Below are positions 52,516-64,000 of a stretch of 64,000 bases of DNA, piece after piece. Both the position numbers and the translations under genes were made by a program. The DNA comes from Chiloscyllium plagiosum (taxonomy: Eukaryota). Location: NCBI RefSeq assembly GCF_004010195.1, contig NC_057718.1, positions 50,236,450-50,300,449 of the forward strand, given 5' to 3'. Under the pieces are notes generated by a model that saw only the letters and a program-made list of their open reading frames with translations, was not told the DNA's origin and made no database searches. The first letter of the stretch is position 1. Every line of letters begins with the position of its first letter.

Positions 52516-53935
52516 TAGTAGCAAATGTTGTTCCCTTGTTTAAGAAGGGGAGTCGGGACAACCCTGACAATTACAGGCCAGTGAGCCTTAATTCGGTTGA
52601 GAGTAAGGTGTTGGAAAAGGTTATAAAATATAGGATTTATAATAATCTGGAAAGGAATAATTTGATTAGGAATAGTCAACATGGTTTTTGTGAAGGGTAG
52701 GTCATGCCTCACTAATCTTATTGAGTTCTTCGAGAAGGTGACAAAACAGGTTGATGAAGGTAAGGAAGATGTGGTGTAGATAAACTTCAGTAAGGTGTTT
52801 GATAAGGTTCCACATGGTAAACTATTGCACAAAATAACGAGTTTTGGGATTGAAGGTGATTTAGCGGTTTGGATCAGAAATTGGCTGACTGAAAGAAGAC
52901 AGAGGGTGGTGGTTGATAGGAAATATTCATCCTAGAGCTCTGTTACTAGTGGGGTGCCGCAAGGATCTATTTTGGGGCCACTATTGTTTGTCATTTTTAT
53001 AAATGATCTGGAGGTGGGTGTCAAAGGATGGCTTAGTAAATTTGTAGATGACACTAAGGTAGGCAGAGTCGTGGATAGTGCCAAAGGATGTTGTTGGTTA
53101 CATAGAGACATAGATAAGATGCAGAGCTGGGCTGAGAAGTAGCAAATGGAGTTTAATGCGGAAAAGTGTGAGGTAGTTTATTTCAGAAGAAGTAACAGGA
53201 ATGCAGAGTACAGGGCTAATGGTAAAATTCTTGGCAGTGTAGATGAACAGAGATCTCAGTGTCTAGGTGCATACATTCCTGAAAGTTGCCACTCAGGTTG
53301 ACAGAGTTGTTAAGAAGGCAAATGGTGTGTTGGCATTTATTGTTAGGGGGATTGAGTTTCAGGGCCATGAGGTCATGCTTCAGCTGTACAAGACACTAGT
53401 AAGGCCGCACCTGGAGTATTGTGTACAGTTCTGGTCACATTATAGGAAGGATGTGGAAGCTTTGGAAAGGATTCAGTGCAGATTTATAGGATGTTGCCTG
53501 GTATGGAAGGAAGATCTTATGAGGATAGGCTGAGGGAACTGAGGCTGTTTTTTTGGAGAGAAGAAGATTGAGAGGTGACTTAATCGAGAAGTATATGATA
53601 ATCAGAGGATTAGATAGGGTGAACAGTGAGAGCCTTTTCCTCGGATGGTGAAGGCTAACATGAGGGGACATAGCTTTAAATTGGGACGTGATAGAGTTAG
53701 GACAGATATCAGGGGTAGGTTCTTTACTCAGAGGATAGTAGAAGGGAGAACGGTCTCCCTGCAACAGTAGACTCGCTGATGTTAAGGCATTTAACTGGGC
53801 ATTGGACATACATATGGATAATAATGGAACAGTGTAGGTTAGGCAGACATCAGATGAATTTTGCAGGTCAGCAACATCATGGGCCGAAGGGCCTCTACTG
53901 TGCTGTAACATCTAATGTTCTATGTTCTTTGTTCT
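52516..53935 (+). mobile_element. CR1 ORF2 RT to 3' end, decayed
   Basis: [19 protein letters not shown]...SKFVDDTKV; LVRPHLEYCVQFWS; (tatgttc) tail. Confidence 0.93.
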
Positions 53936-55114
53936 ACATTCACTTTCTGTGTGACTGCTAGCATCTGCTCCAGCTACAATACACATGCTTTTTAAGAAGT
54001 ACGGGTTTGCTTTAACTGGCACTGGCCACTCACAATATCAGGGGCCTGCTGATGCATCAAGCTAATCAACAGCACTTTTAAAGTCGATTGAATGGTGAAA
54101 TCATTGAAATGATCAGGCAGCGTGAAGTTAGCATGCTGCATTCATTGTAATCAATGGGTGCCAGTTAATTACGCATCAAAGTTTCCATGTCAGTTTTCAA
54201 GGGTCGATTGAATTTAATCCCCTTTGGAGATCGATGCGCAGTATTTTTTTAAAAATGCAATTGGAGGGAATATGCTCCTTTCAATTCGTTTTGAAACCCA
54301 GCTCATAATTTCAGATTTTGAGATACAAAGATGTTAACTTTAAAAAAGCCAAAAGTAAAATTAATTTCAGCCATTGAAAGAAAGAAGTGTCTGAATAATA
54401 TTATTTTTGTAGTGCTTGCCCTTATCTAGAATGTAGTCCTCTGACTCATGCCTATGCCTCTCGGATAAAACCAAGAGAGACAGCAAAGTAGGTCACTTTG
54501 TACTGGGTCATGTCAATATTCATGTCCGTGAAAGTCACTGAACTAAAATTAGCAAATGGATTTTGGTGCACAGTATCATAAAAATGAGTGTACAAAGATA
54601 AGCAGGACAATATTTATGCCTTCAGAGTTTAAAATTTCACATATTTCAACTCGAGTAAAATGTAGGTGTTGTTTGATCATGTGTGCTTGCTCAGCATGGA
54701 ACTAAGAGACTAAACAATACCAGTTTATGACTAAACCATTAATGTGAATCTGTCAGACCATTCCATTCACTAATGTTAGTGTACAGCATGTCGGTTTGCG
54801 TAATGAAGTAATGTAAGCTGAATTAAAAGTGCATTTATATCTTATTTCAAGTATGTAGGAAATAGAGACTGATTATAAAATCAGCAAAATTAAGCATGTA
54901 TGGGCAACATTTTAAAATTGAATTAACTTTACTTTTCTAATTTTCTCCTGCATTTTCTGTAACTCCATAACTGCAGTTATTGTGCATAATATGAAGTAGG
55001 TCTGGGCACCTCATATTCCAGCTGTGTTTTATTTCCATTTTACACCTCCTTAACAAAACTGTTACAGTTGTTATTCTAATCCAACTCTAAATACACAACT
55101 CAAAACTGATTGGA

Positions 55115-55428
55115 CTACATCTTGTCAATGTCTGGTTGAAACCTACAACAGCCCTCCACACTATCTCCACAACTCCACTAACCTTCATGCCATTGGCAAA
55201 CGTACTAACCCACCCTCCCACTTCCTCATTCAAGACATTTATAAAAATCACAAAGAGCAGAGGTCCCAGAACAAATCCCTGAGGAACACCACTGGTCACA
55301 AAGTTCCAGGCAGAATATTTTCCAACTACTACCACCCTCTGTCTTCTATGGGCCAGCCAATTCTGTATCCAGACAGCCAAATTTCCCTGTATCCCTTGCC
55401 TCCTTACTTTCTGATTGAGATTACCATG
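55115..55428 (-). mobile_element. CR1 RT fragment abutting an HE1 5' end
   Basis: WIQNWLAHRRQRVVV...[19 protein letters not shown]. Confidence 0.88.
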
Positions 55429-55751
55429 TGGGCGGCATGGTGGCACAGAGGTTAGCACTGCTGCCTCACAGCGCCAGAGACCCAGGTTCAATTCCCGCCT
55501 CAGGTGACTGACTGTGTGGAGTTTGCACATTCTCCCCGTGTCTGCATGGGTTTCCTCCGGGTGCTCTGGTTTCCTCCCACAATCCAAAAATGTGCAGGTT
55601 AGGTGAATTGGCCATGCTAAATTGCCCGTAGTGTTAGATGAAGGGGTAAATGTAGGGGAATGGGTCTGGGTGGGTTGCGCTTCGGCGGGTCAATGTGGAC
55701 TTGTTGGGCTGAAGAGCCTGTTTCCACACTGTAAGTAATCCAATCTAATCC
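55429..55751 (+). mobile_element. Full-length HE1-type SINE
   Basis: gggcggcatggtggcacag head, ggttcaattcc B box, (TAATC) tail. Confidence 0.93.
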
Positions 55752-56349
55752 ACTAGATGGGCAAGTGGACCACAAAAGATACTGAGTGTTGCATTGTATT
55801 TGGGGCAATAAATTGAGCAGAAAAAAATGGCAGTGCTGACCATTGTACATTATCAGCATAACATTGTCCCACAACTATTATTTTAAGTCTAATCCAGAAA
55901 ATGTCTCTACACACATCCCCCTCCACCTCAAAGATATTTAAATAGGGTCTAATTGGCTAATCTCTCTGATTCATTTTGTTTAACGTCTGTATTAAATCCA
56001 GCTAATCTGGATAGATTTGAAAAGGCCATTTTGTTACTGCCACAATCTGTTGCTGTCATTTTGCCTTCATATCAAACAGCTTCATAGTTCAGAGGACCTG
56101 TCAGAACAACTGAAGCTTACTTGTCAGCTCTAAAAATTGAATAATTTTGACTTAGGAATATTGATTTTCCAATGGGAACTTGGTGAATCACATGGTAAGT
56201 GAGCCCAAGGTCCTCAACGATAGCCAGAACTTTTGGATTTGAAGGCTCTGGTACTAGTTGGACATCACTTCAGAAACTGAAAGTCAGGGGCACCCCCTCA
56301 TCTATAATGGCTGCTCCTACAATACAGGAGATGTCAGCATAAATGTCTT

Positions 56350-56570
56350 GGTTCGGTTCCCTGCTTCACTGAACATATCCTGCACACTTGCTGGTCGGTG
56401 TCACAGAAACACAGGAAATCCTCTTCGCAGTGAATAGATCACAAGGTCATTATATCACCCATTCAACTGGGTATGGATTGCAGCACAGGTCAGCATTGTA
56501 CAAAAGCAATGTCAAACAGTGTTGGAAGAATGTTCACGATCTCCTGTGCTTCCTAAGGATAAGCGGCACC
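56350..56570 (+). pseudogene. Harbinger-type Myb/SANT ORF remnant
   Basis: PCFTE...LLVGVTETQEILF...WIAAQVS...KQCWKNVHDLL (frameshifted). Confidence 0.65.
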
Positions 56571-57224
56571 ATCTTTTCTCAGCTACCTCAGACTCTCAGA
56601 GGCATCATTCACTTTGTCACTGCACATGTATCTCACAAAGCCTCACAAGCTGAAAGCCTCAGAAGCACATGCATGATGTTCTTTCAAAAGCTTATACCCA
56701 CCTCGTTCTCTCACGCTGCTAATGCTTCCTTCCCTCTGCACACCCTACTGACTCATTGGAGACACCTCATTAACAAACCCTCCCTTTATCTTACCGCAGG
56801 AAAAACTGGCTCATAATCTTACCCAGTGAGCCAAAACCAAAGAGGGTAGAGTGCAGCAAACTGATCACCCATTTGAAGAAAGGGCCATCGACCTGGCCAG
56901 AGAGAAGCAGAACCATCCCTGGGATCTGTGATGGTGAGGTGCCAGAAATTAAGTAAACAAAAATATGCTCTGCTCTTCTTGGGTGAGAACCAAAGCTAGG
57001 ACATGGCTGTGCAGGAGGCTCCCTCCATCTTCAACAAATCTTCCTCTTCTTGTTTCTGCAGAAAAGGCTCATAGCACTCTGAAGCATTTAAATGGCACTG
57101 AGGTAGACTTAGTAGCCCTTATGAGGGACTGACTTCCCCCAGTAACACTTGTGTCTTTGGTACAAGGACCATTATAGTGTAAACATTCTGGAATCTGATG
57201 AGGTGGAAGTGCTCACTGTACCAT

Positions 57225-57387
57225 GATGTGGAGGAGTCGGTGTTGGACTGGGGTGGACAAAGTTAAAAATCACGCAACACCAGGCTATAGTCCAACAGAT
57301 TTATTTGGAAGCACTAGCTTTCAGAGCTCGGAAAGTGAGTACTTTCAAATAAACCTGTTGGACTATAACCTGGCATTGTGCAATTTA
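57225..57387. mobile_element. Palindromic PLE-tail insertion (second family, centre collapsed)
   Basis: Inverted arms; TSD tcactg(t/g)accat at 57213-57224 and 57388-57399. Confidence 0.82.
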
Positions 57388-58469
57388 TCACTGGACCATA
57401 GCAATGCTAATGTTGTGTTAGGGAAGGGTTTCCTTTAATTTGCACACAGTTAAGACATAATTTTAATTAATACAGTACTGAACAATGAAAATAAGTAAAT
57501 CCATTACCAACATGAAATACACCGAGCAGAGCATTGTCTGCCAACAACTCAAATGAAAGTAGAACGTGTAAATGGAAAATGTCCACTTAACTCAGATAGC
57601 CTGAAGTGAGTGGCTATAAACTCTGTCAGCTTTTTGAGGTACTCTAAATCATTTCTCTGTCTTTATCTCTTTGGCAACATTGCAGACACATCTTAAGATC
57701 CTTACTCTTATCTTCTCCCTTAGAGATGCCTCATCCGAATGACTACCCTTTTCCTGACCCAAATTGTGGAGGCATAGTTCACCACTACAATCCAGATCAC
57801 ATTGTCAGGGCCAGAGTAGAAGGGCAGCAGCAATGAGAGTGCAAGTGCTGCCTTAATCCATGCCCAATCACCAGTGACCTGAGGTTCTGAAGCTGAAGCA
57901 TTGCTGTTGCTCAGTTGAGTGGATGGAGGGTTCAATATCCATGAACGGGTCTGCTACAGTTGCAGTGATTTTATCTAAACTAAAGAGAAGGAAGACAACT
58001 AGTGCAGTGTGAACTCAAGGCACAGGGCCCCACCTTGACATGTAACCACAGCTTTATTGTTGTGGTGTTGAAGTGTTGAGTTTCTCAATTAGAGAGATTA
58101 AATCAGAAAGAAGGAGTTAAAGTGGCTGTTTATATCATTAATACAATGCAAATGATTTCCAATAGGTTTCTTGTTGCAATGTGATGTATGGAATTTGATC
58201 ATGTCATCTAAGGAGAGCGGGCTCAATCGCAACGGTGAGAATCTGATTTTGGGGCTCTCGCCTGATTAAGTCATCTTGCTCACTTTTATTCTCACCACAT
58301 CAGGGAGGGGAGAATCATGTATCAATGCTTCATCCTAATGGCTACTAAAGGAATATACTAACAGCTAGCTGAAGACTTTGTTGGAGACCCACCGACCTCC
58401 CAATCAATGGTTCCTCTTTGCCTGTGTTTTCCTGAAATTTGAAAAAGACTAAGACAGGGAAGACCGTGA

Positions 58470-58660
58470 GCAAGGGTGTAACCATTTTTGAGGAGTTATT
58501 GAATTTTTTGCTGCACATTTTTTGTGTGATGGAGATAACACTGACAGCTTCTGCAACCTCTTTCTGTAAAGCTTGAAAACCCCTCAAAAAGGACTGCTGA
58601 GAGTAACCCTTCTCAGTCTGATTCCAGACAGAAACAGCTTCAAAAATGTGTCTGAACATT
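58470..58660 (-). pseudogene. Myb/SANT-like ORF remnant
   Basis: EVAEAVSVISITQKMCSKKFNN resembles the EVA..VS...QCxKKFNDL pattern of the other remnants. Confidence 0.5.
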
Positions 58661-59159
58661 TGGGAGCCCTTTCTTCTCCTGAATTCTCCGTTCCAAAGCT
58701 GCTACTCTGTTTGACACTTTTGACTTGCTGCTGTTAAAAAACTAGTAGCTCTCTTCAATTAGCCAAAGAATTGTCTCTCACTCCTAATGGCAGCAGTGAA
58801 TGCTTTTACCATTCTTAAAGCACCCTATGTGCATATTGAGAGATGAAGAAGGATCATTGATCAGGTCTGTGACAGCTTCATAAGGTAGCAGGTCAACACT
58901 GAGAAGAGAATGATCCTTGAGCTTAAATACTAGCCCAGAAATTCCTGGAGTCCTGCTCCTTTAACTCCCACAGAGTCAATGCTTTGCTCGACCCTGCCAC
59001 GGCCAGCGCCTCCAACTCTAAATGACTCAGGCAGCAACTGCAAGTATGTATGAATGGTGAGTGGCCAGCCCAAGTCAGTCTACCCTCATAAGATTGAGCA
59101 GGAGCCCTTCTAGAGACTAATTGAACTAAAGATCATTATTTAAATACTTAAATACTTAG

Positions 59160-59452
59160 TGTGCAGCAGAGTGGCTCAGTGATTAGCACTGCTGCCTCAC
59201 AGCACCAGGGTCCCAGGTTTGATTCCAACCGTGGGCGACTGTCTGTGTGGAGTTTGCTCATCCTCCCTGTGTCTGCATGGGTTTCCTCCCACAGTCCAAA
59301 GATGTGCAGGCCAGGTGAATTGGCCATGCTAATTTGCCCATAGTGTTAGGTGCATTAGTCAGAAGGGAATGGGTCTGGGTGGATTGCTCTTCGGAGGGTC
59401 GGTTTGGACTTGTTGGACTGAAGGGCCTGTTTCTGCACTGTAGGGAATCTAA
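59160..59452 (+). mobile_element. HE1-type SINE
   Basis: Head, core and 3' end match. Confidence 0.9.
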
Positions 59453-61354
59453 GTTTTCATCAGATTAGAATAATTGTCTTAGCAAAGACAAAGGACAATT
59501 TGGGAGGTGGACTGGCCGACATTCAGCTCATAATGTGGAAAGTTGTCCTTACTCAGGCCACATCAAACAGCTGACTAATTATTTCCAAGAATCTCACACC
59601 ACAGCTCACATGACATAACGCAGAAAATTGCCTTTAATGTCAGCTGATCATTTACTCATGCCTGCCTGACAAATATTTAAAATATAATTTGAAAAGGTGC
59701 AGAATCCCAGGATGAGTAGGTTCCAGTTGATATTCCTGGTCAGTCCTTAGGGAAGCTAATGATGTATTCAACCCCAGAAATTTCAGAGCCACTAGATCCT
59801 ATGTCTGTCTCCATAACAACAGCATTCACATATGACAACTTAATACGTTCAAGATCTTCTGGCAGTATTTAAAGCAGAACATAGATTTCTCCTAGTATCA
59901 GGGCCAAGATTCCTCCCCCAAGCAATGCTATCAAAATTGTCATTCATATCATTACTGTTGTGAGATTTTGCTGTATGGCTGCAGCTTTTGCTAACTCATA
60001 AGTGATTGTATTAAAATTCACTGTCAATGAAACATTTTGGGATGTTACAAAGAGTTGCAATAAGGTAATATATAAATGCAAGTTCTCCCTGCTTTAAAAT
60101 TTCCTCAGCGCACAGTCGGCACAGAAAGCTTTTTATAGTGTCAAGCAATTAACTTTCTCATTATTTGCTTCATAAGAGGCAGGCTGCTTCTTTGCAGGTG
60201 CACATATTTTTCCCAGCCTCACTGACGTGCGGTCAAATAATGTCTGCTGCATTCCATGTGCTTGAGCAAACAATTTGTGTCTGTTTATGCTTTCTCTTTG
60301 CATTAGTTACAGCCAAAGCGAAATTCAGTAAAACAAAACCCGATAAACAAGAATATATTCATTCATTTCCATTGTTTTCCTTTTTTTGCAAATCTTTCTA
60401 ACATCAAATATAACGGAAACTGAAAATTGACAAATTCCATCTTGCTATTACTGCTTTCAGAGAGTTATTAATCAAAAATATGGGCTGGAAATTGCATTCT
60501 GCCTCCCCCTCCCAGCCCCAGATCCTGGAGCCAGAATGGCAGACAGGAGCAGGGTGTACGATTTTGCAGTATGGCAAGAGAGTGTGCCCATTCACAAGAA
60601 CTCCATTAATATGGGAGGCATTGAATTGATTATTCATCCATTGGTCAATTAAGTGTGTATCAGGGCTTCCTCCTGTTGCCATTAGGATTTTGCTTGTGAC
60701 TGGGGAGGCTAACACAAAGTAGCCAGGCTATCCTTCAAAAGTGAAAATAATGGACGGGGTAGAGGAATGCTCAATGGAAGACTGCATTCATTTACATAAG
60801 GTATACGTTTCAGTCTGGAAGAAAGTGCCATGAAAATCAAGAAGACGAAAATAAAACATTTTGGAATGTTAATTCTTTAGAATGCAACCAGATTCTTCAA
60901 GTGTATTAAACATAGTGTATGTTTTTCCCTTTAAACGAGGAAACATTAATCTAATTACTATCTTAATTAAATGGTGATCATTAAAAATCCAACCAATTTA
61001 CCAATATTCTGCCCCGACATTCAGCTCCTCATGTGGAAAGTGTCCTTACCCAGGCCACCCCAAACAGCTGACTAATCACTTCCAAACACCTGGTCTGGCA
61101 TTGGGGATTGCTCTTGAGTTACTGTTCTGGGTCCTCCTGATCAAAGGCTATATTCTTTGATTTGACCGAGGACTGCTAATCATCATGACAAGCTTCTTGA
61201 CTTTGTGCTTGTGCTTAACAGCTGCTCATCACAGAGTATGGCAGCAGCCAGCAGTCAGACCATGTGAAGGTCCCCTGTGTTGGTCTGCTGCAGACAGCCC
61301 TCCGAGAGAGAACTGTGATAGTAATGTTGCGAACAGTTGTAGCTCAGGTTGATG

Positions 61355-62700
61355 ATATGTATGATATGTATGTTAGCTCGCTGAGCTGGAAGGTTTGTTT
61401 TCAGATGTTTCATCACCATGACTAGGTAACATCATTAGTGAGAGTCTCCGGTGAAGTGCTGGTGGTATGTCCCACCTCTTTATTTAGAGGTCTTGGTTTC
61501 TTAAAGTGGGTGATGTCAATTCCGGTTTTTTTTTCAAGGGAAGGTAGATGGGATCTAAGTCAATGTTTATGATAGAGTTCTGGTTAGAATACCATGCCTC
61601 TAAGAATTCTCGTGTATGTCTTTGTTTCGCCTGTCCAAGGATGTGTGTGTTGTCCCAGTCAAAGTAGTGTTCTTCTTTGTCTGTATGTGTGGAAACTTGT
61701 GATAGTGGGTCATGTCTTTTGGTGGCGAGTTGGTGTTCATGCATCCTAGTGGCAAGTTTCCTGCTAGTTTGTCCAATGTAGTGAAGAAGGATAGTGAAGA
61801 AGGCGTTTGGTATGCTTTCCTTTATTGGTCAGAGTATTGAGTACAGGAATATATGAGGTCATGTTGCGGCTGTACAGGTCATTGGTTAGGACACTGTTGG
61901 AAAATTGCGTGCAACATTCTGGACTCCTTCCTATCAGAAAGATGTTGTGAAACTTGAAAGGGTTCAGAAAAGATTTACAAGGATGTCGCCAGGGTTGGAG
62001 GATCTGAGCTACATGGAGAGGCTGAACAGGCTGGGGCTGTTTTCCCTGGAATGTCGGAGGCTGAGGAGTGACCTTATAGAGGTTTATAAAAGTATGAGGG
62101 GCTTGGATAGGATAAATAGACAAAGTCTTTTCCTTGGAGTCGGGGAGTCCAGAACTAGAGGGCATAGGTTTCGGGTGAGAGGGGAAAGACATAAAAGAGA
62201 CTTAAGGGGCGACTTTTTCATGCAGAGGGCGGTACGTGTATGGTATGAGCTGCCAGAGGATGTGGTGGAGGCTGGTACAATTGCAACATTTAAGAGGCAT
62301 TTGGATGGGTATATGAATAGGAAGGGTTTGGAGGGATATGGGCCGGGTGCTGGCAGGTGGGACTAGATTGGGTTGGGATATCTGTTCGGCATGGACGGGT
62401 TGGACCGAAGGGTCTATTTCCATGCTGTACATCTCTATGACTCTAGTGTTTTTTACAGTTCTTATATAGTATCTTGTAAATGACGTTAGTTTTGCTGGTA
62501 GTACCCATGGATCCTTTGGGTTCATGAGTCGCTGTTTGAGTGTGTTGGGAGGTTTGTGGGCTACCATAATGCCAAGGGGTCTGAGTATTCTGGAAGTAAT
62601 TTCTGATATGTCTTTGATGTAAGGTAATGCGGCTATGGTTATTGATTGTGTTGTGTCTGCTTGACTAGGTTTTTTTCTGAGGAATCGGCAGATTGTGTGT
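61355..62700 (-). mobile_element. Penelope-like element (same family as 2246), split by a CR1
   Basis: MHEHQLATKRHDPLSQVS...REFLEAW; VAHKPPNTLKQRL; decayed hammerhead ctaatga..gaaacatc near 61400-61440. Confidence 0.9.
61784..62443 (+). mobile_element. Young CR1 3' fragment inserted into the PLE GIY-YIG coding region
   Basis: ORF 61905..62366 stop-free; TSD tagtg at 61779-61783 and 62444-62448. Confidence 0.93.
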
Positions 62701-63199
62701 GTCTTTTTAATTTTGCATTTTGTTTTTCCGACCTATGGTTATACGGAGTACTGCTGTAATATAAAATACAGCCTAAAACTTCAACTGTCACCACAATCTA
62801 GCGTCATTTTGAATAGTTTAAGAGTAAAAAGATGCTGCTGAAAGAGAGTTCCTCCACCTTCACCATGAATCCTAATCCCTGCACCAGACCCAAAGATGCC
62901 AGACTCATACTACTTCTGTCCCACCCTGAATTAAATTGAATGCTTTATTATCACATGTACTCAAACGAGTACAGTGAAAAGTTTATAAGTCGCCACTTAC
63001 GGCACCATCTTAGGTACAAAGGTACTTAAGTACAGCTTCTTCAATTACAAGATTAGTTGCAATGTAACAATGTCACCAACACACGGCACGTTTGGTAAGA
63101 TAGGAAGCTGAATATTAATAAGGTGAGCTGTGGTGGTAACAACTTGCTGCTGCCTCATGAAAAATGTGCCATGGCAAATGCCTCAGAATAAAGTGCAAG

Positions 63200-63455
63200 T
63201 CATTAAGTACTGAGATGAGGAGGAATTTCTTTACTCAGAGGGTAGTGAATATTTGAAATTCTCTGCACCAGAGGGTTCTGGAAACACAGCTACTGAGTAT
63301 TTACAAGACCGAGATCAATAGATTTCTTGATCCTATGGAGCTCAAGGCATATGGGGATAATGGAAAAATACTGAATTAAATGATCAGCCATGAGCAAGGG
63401 TGGTGGCACAAGCTCAAGGAGCTGAATGGCCTACTGTGCTCCTATGTTCCTGTCA
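63200..63455 (+). mobile_element. Old CR1 3' end
   Basis: gaggaatttctttactcagagggtagtgaat...gctgaatggcctactgtgctcctatgttcc. Confidence 0.8.
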
Positions 63456-64000
63456 CAGAACAGCCAGCAGCTTCTCAGGCCAAATAGCAATGGACAACAA
63501 CTGCTGGCTTTGCCAGTAAGAGAAATATCTTGAGGATGTGTTTTTAAAAAACTATGGATTTATTTATAACTGCATGTCATGGTCTTGGCTACAAAGGAAG
63601 AAAAACTCATCAAGAAAAGGGAGTTAAAAAACACATATAAAAGTTCACTTCTGTTCTCAATAGTAAATCTGATCTCAATATGATGTTATTTCATATACAC
63701 GTCTGTCAATCTCTTATCTAATGCAGCATTTTAAAATGGTATATAAATTGCACTCACATGACAAGATCATACTAACAACTGCTGTCTCTCATTATTTAAT
63801 TTAATCATAATGCATTCTTTAAGACTGTCAGACTCCTGAGTGTTCTTTCAATGTTTAAGTTACATACTATACAATAATAACAATGTTTTTGTTCAAAGAA
63901 AATTAACAGAGATTGCAGGTACATCTGAAGGTCAACCTCAACCTTGTTGCAATATTGGCACATTCATGTTAAGTTCTTTACAATTGCAAGATTACACTGC

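Noticed and set aside
1..64000. CRISPR array, prokaryotic operon, rRNA or true tRNA genes
   Set aside because: Eukaryotic repeat-rich DNA with no regular repeat-spacer array; tRNA-like boxes belong to SINE heads.

Overview
Vertebrate genomic DNA, very likely a shark/elasmobranch (HE1-type tRNA SINEs with (TAATC)n tails, abundant CR1 LINEs), dominated by decayed transposable elements: CR1 and RTE LINEs, Penelope-like elements (PLEs), HE1 and a second tRNA-SINE family, Harbinger-like DNA transposon remnants with Myb/SANT ORFs, and three solo LTRs with 4-bp TSDs. A 902-N gap lies at 5290-6191. The main non-TE feature is a spliced minus-strand gene that the ORF track shows only in part: five phase-compatible GT-AG exons (44622 to 32017) encode a stop-free ~280-aa C-terminal region I cannot name. 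Notable structures: (i) hammerhead-ribozyme cores from four PLE families with covarying stem I; (ii) seven palindromic PLE-tail insertions, six with clear 9-16 bp TSDs, one of which captured an inverted copy of neighbouring DNA between its arms; (iii) tRNA-SINE/PLE chimeras, one joining a Pol III head to a hammerhead; (iv) several 28-150 bp near-exact local templated copies, often at retroposon 5' junctions. TE family names come from motif recognition, not database searches, and boundaries of old elements are approximate.
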